Positions 63,563 to 64,000 of a stretch of DNA of 64,000 nucleotides are shown here, piece after piece. The position numbers were made by a program, and so were the translations under genes. Location of the stretch: the NCBI RefSeq assembly GCF_032062105.1, contig NW_026924573.1, positions 62,001 through 126,000 of the forward strand. The letters run 5' to 3'. The notes beneath the pieces are model-generated. The model was not told the DNA's origin and searched no databases. It worked only from the letters and a program-made list of their open reading frames with translations. This DNA is from Saccostrea cucullata (lineage: Eukaryota). Positions within the stretch are counted from its first letter, which is position 1. The number at the start of each line of letters is the position of its first letter.

Positions 63563-63649
63563 ACACATTCTTTATAGGAACACTATTTATTTGTGCAATG
63601 TTTAACAAAGACTATACAATTGGTGCATACACTCTACAATTTGTTATTT

Positions 63650-63655
63650 AATAAA
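63650..63655 (+). terminator. Polyadenylation signal of gene B
   Basis: AATAAA ~88 nt after the TAG, followed by a U/GU-rich tract; a second AATAAA lies near 63777. Confidence 0.65.
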
Positions 63656-64000
63656 ATTATATTTTGTTATTATTAGAGTTTCCTTTTATTTCATATAAAG
63701 TTTTGTCATGTTGAGGTTGACAGAAATATGCAATAGGCAGAAATGCTTATTTTTATTAATCATGGCAACACTTTTCAATAAAATTTAAAATGATAAATAG
63801 AATTATGTATCTTAATGTAGTCTACTTGCATGTAAATTATTTTTAAAACAGACTAAAACTGTATGCAGAGTATCATTTTCAACGTATTTCAAGGATATGT
63901 CTATATTAATAATGGCAACACCATTCATTAAATCTAAAACTGATAAAGGGAATTTTTTATTTTAGTGTAGTCTACTGAAGTGCGAAGTTATATTGAAATC

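Overview
Eukaryotic, AT-rich, intron-dense genomic DNA. The repeat content (Helentron carrying a ~166-bp satellite, Deu/Nin-type SINE with (TCAA)n tail, Penelope-like and CR1 relics) points to a bivalve, most likely an oyster; this is inference. The window holds two tandem, same-strand (+) paralogous genes for very large secreted cysteine-rich modular proteins. Gene A (1143-11355) is the 3' part only: 17-18 exons, 6 VWC-like modules, 3 ShKT domains and Gly/Thr-rich linkers. Gene B (ATG 25106 to TAG 63562) appears complete. I read 80 coding exons by hand; they sum to 13,242 nt in one continuous frame (~4,413 aa). Its architecture is signal peptide - VWA - VWA - ShKT x2 - VWC x2 - ShKT - VWC x27 - ShKT x3 - unnamed ~185-aa globular domain - VWC x2, with Pro/Thr-rich mucin-like linkers and no TM segment. 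The ~14-kb intergenic region is a stack of nested, decayed transposons. Most notable: (i) the giant VWA/ShKT/VWC paralog pair with a swapped orphan-domain cassette; (ii) a rigid two-exon phase-1/2/1 module design that permits in-frame module skipping and chimeric VWC domains; (iii) two consecutive GC-AG introns at VWC module 5; (iv) a sharp CpG-depletion boundary inside gene B that gene A lacks.
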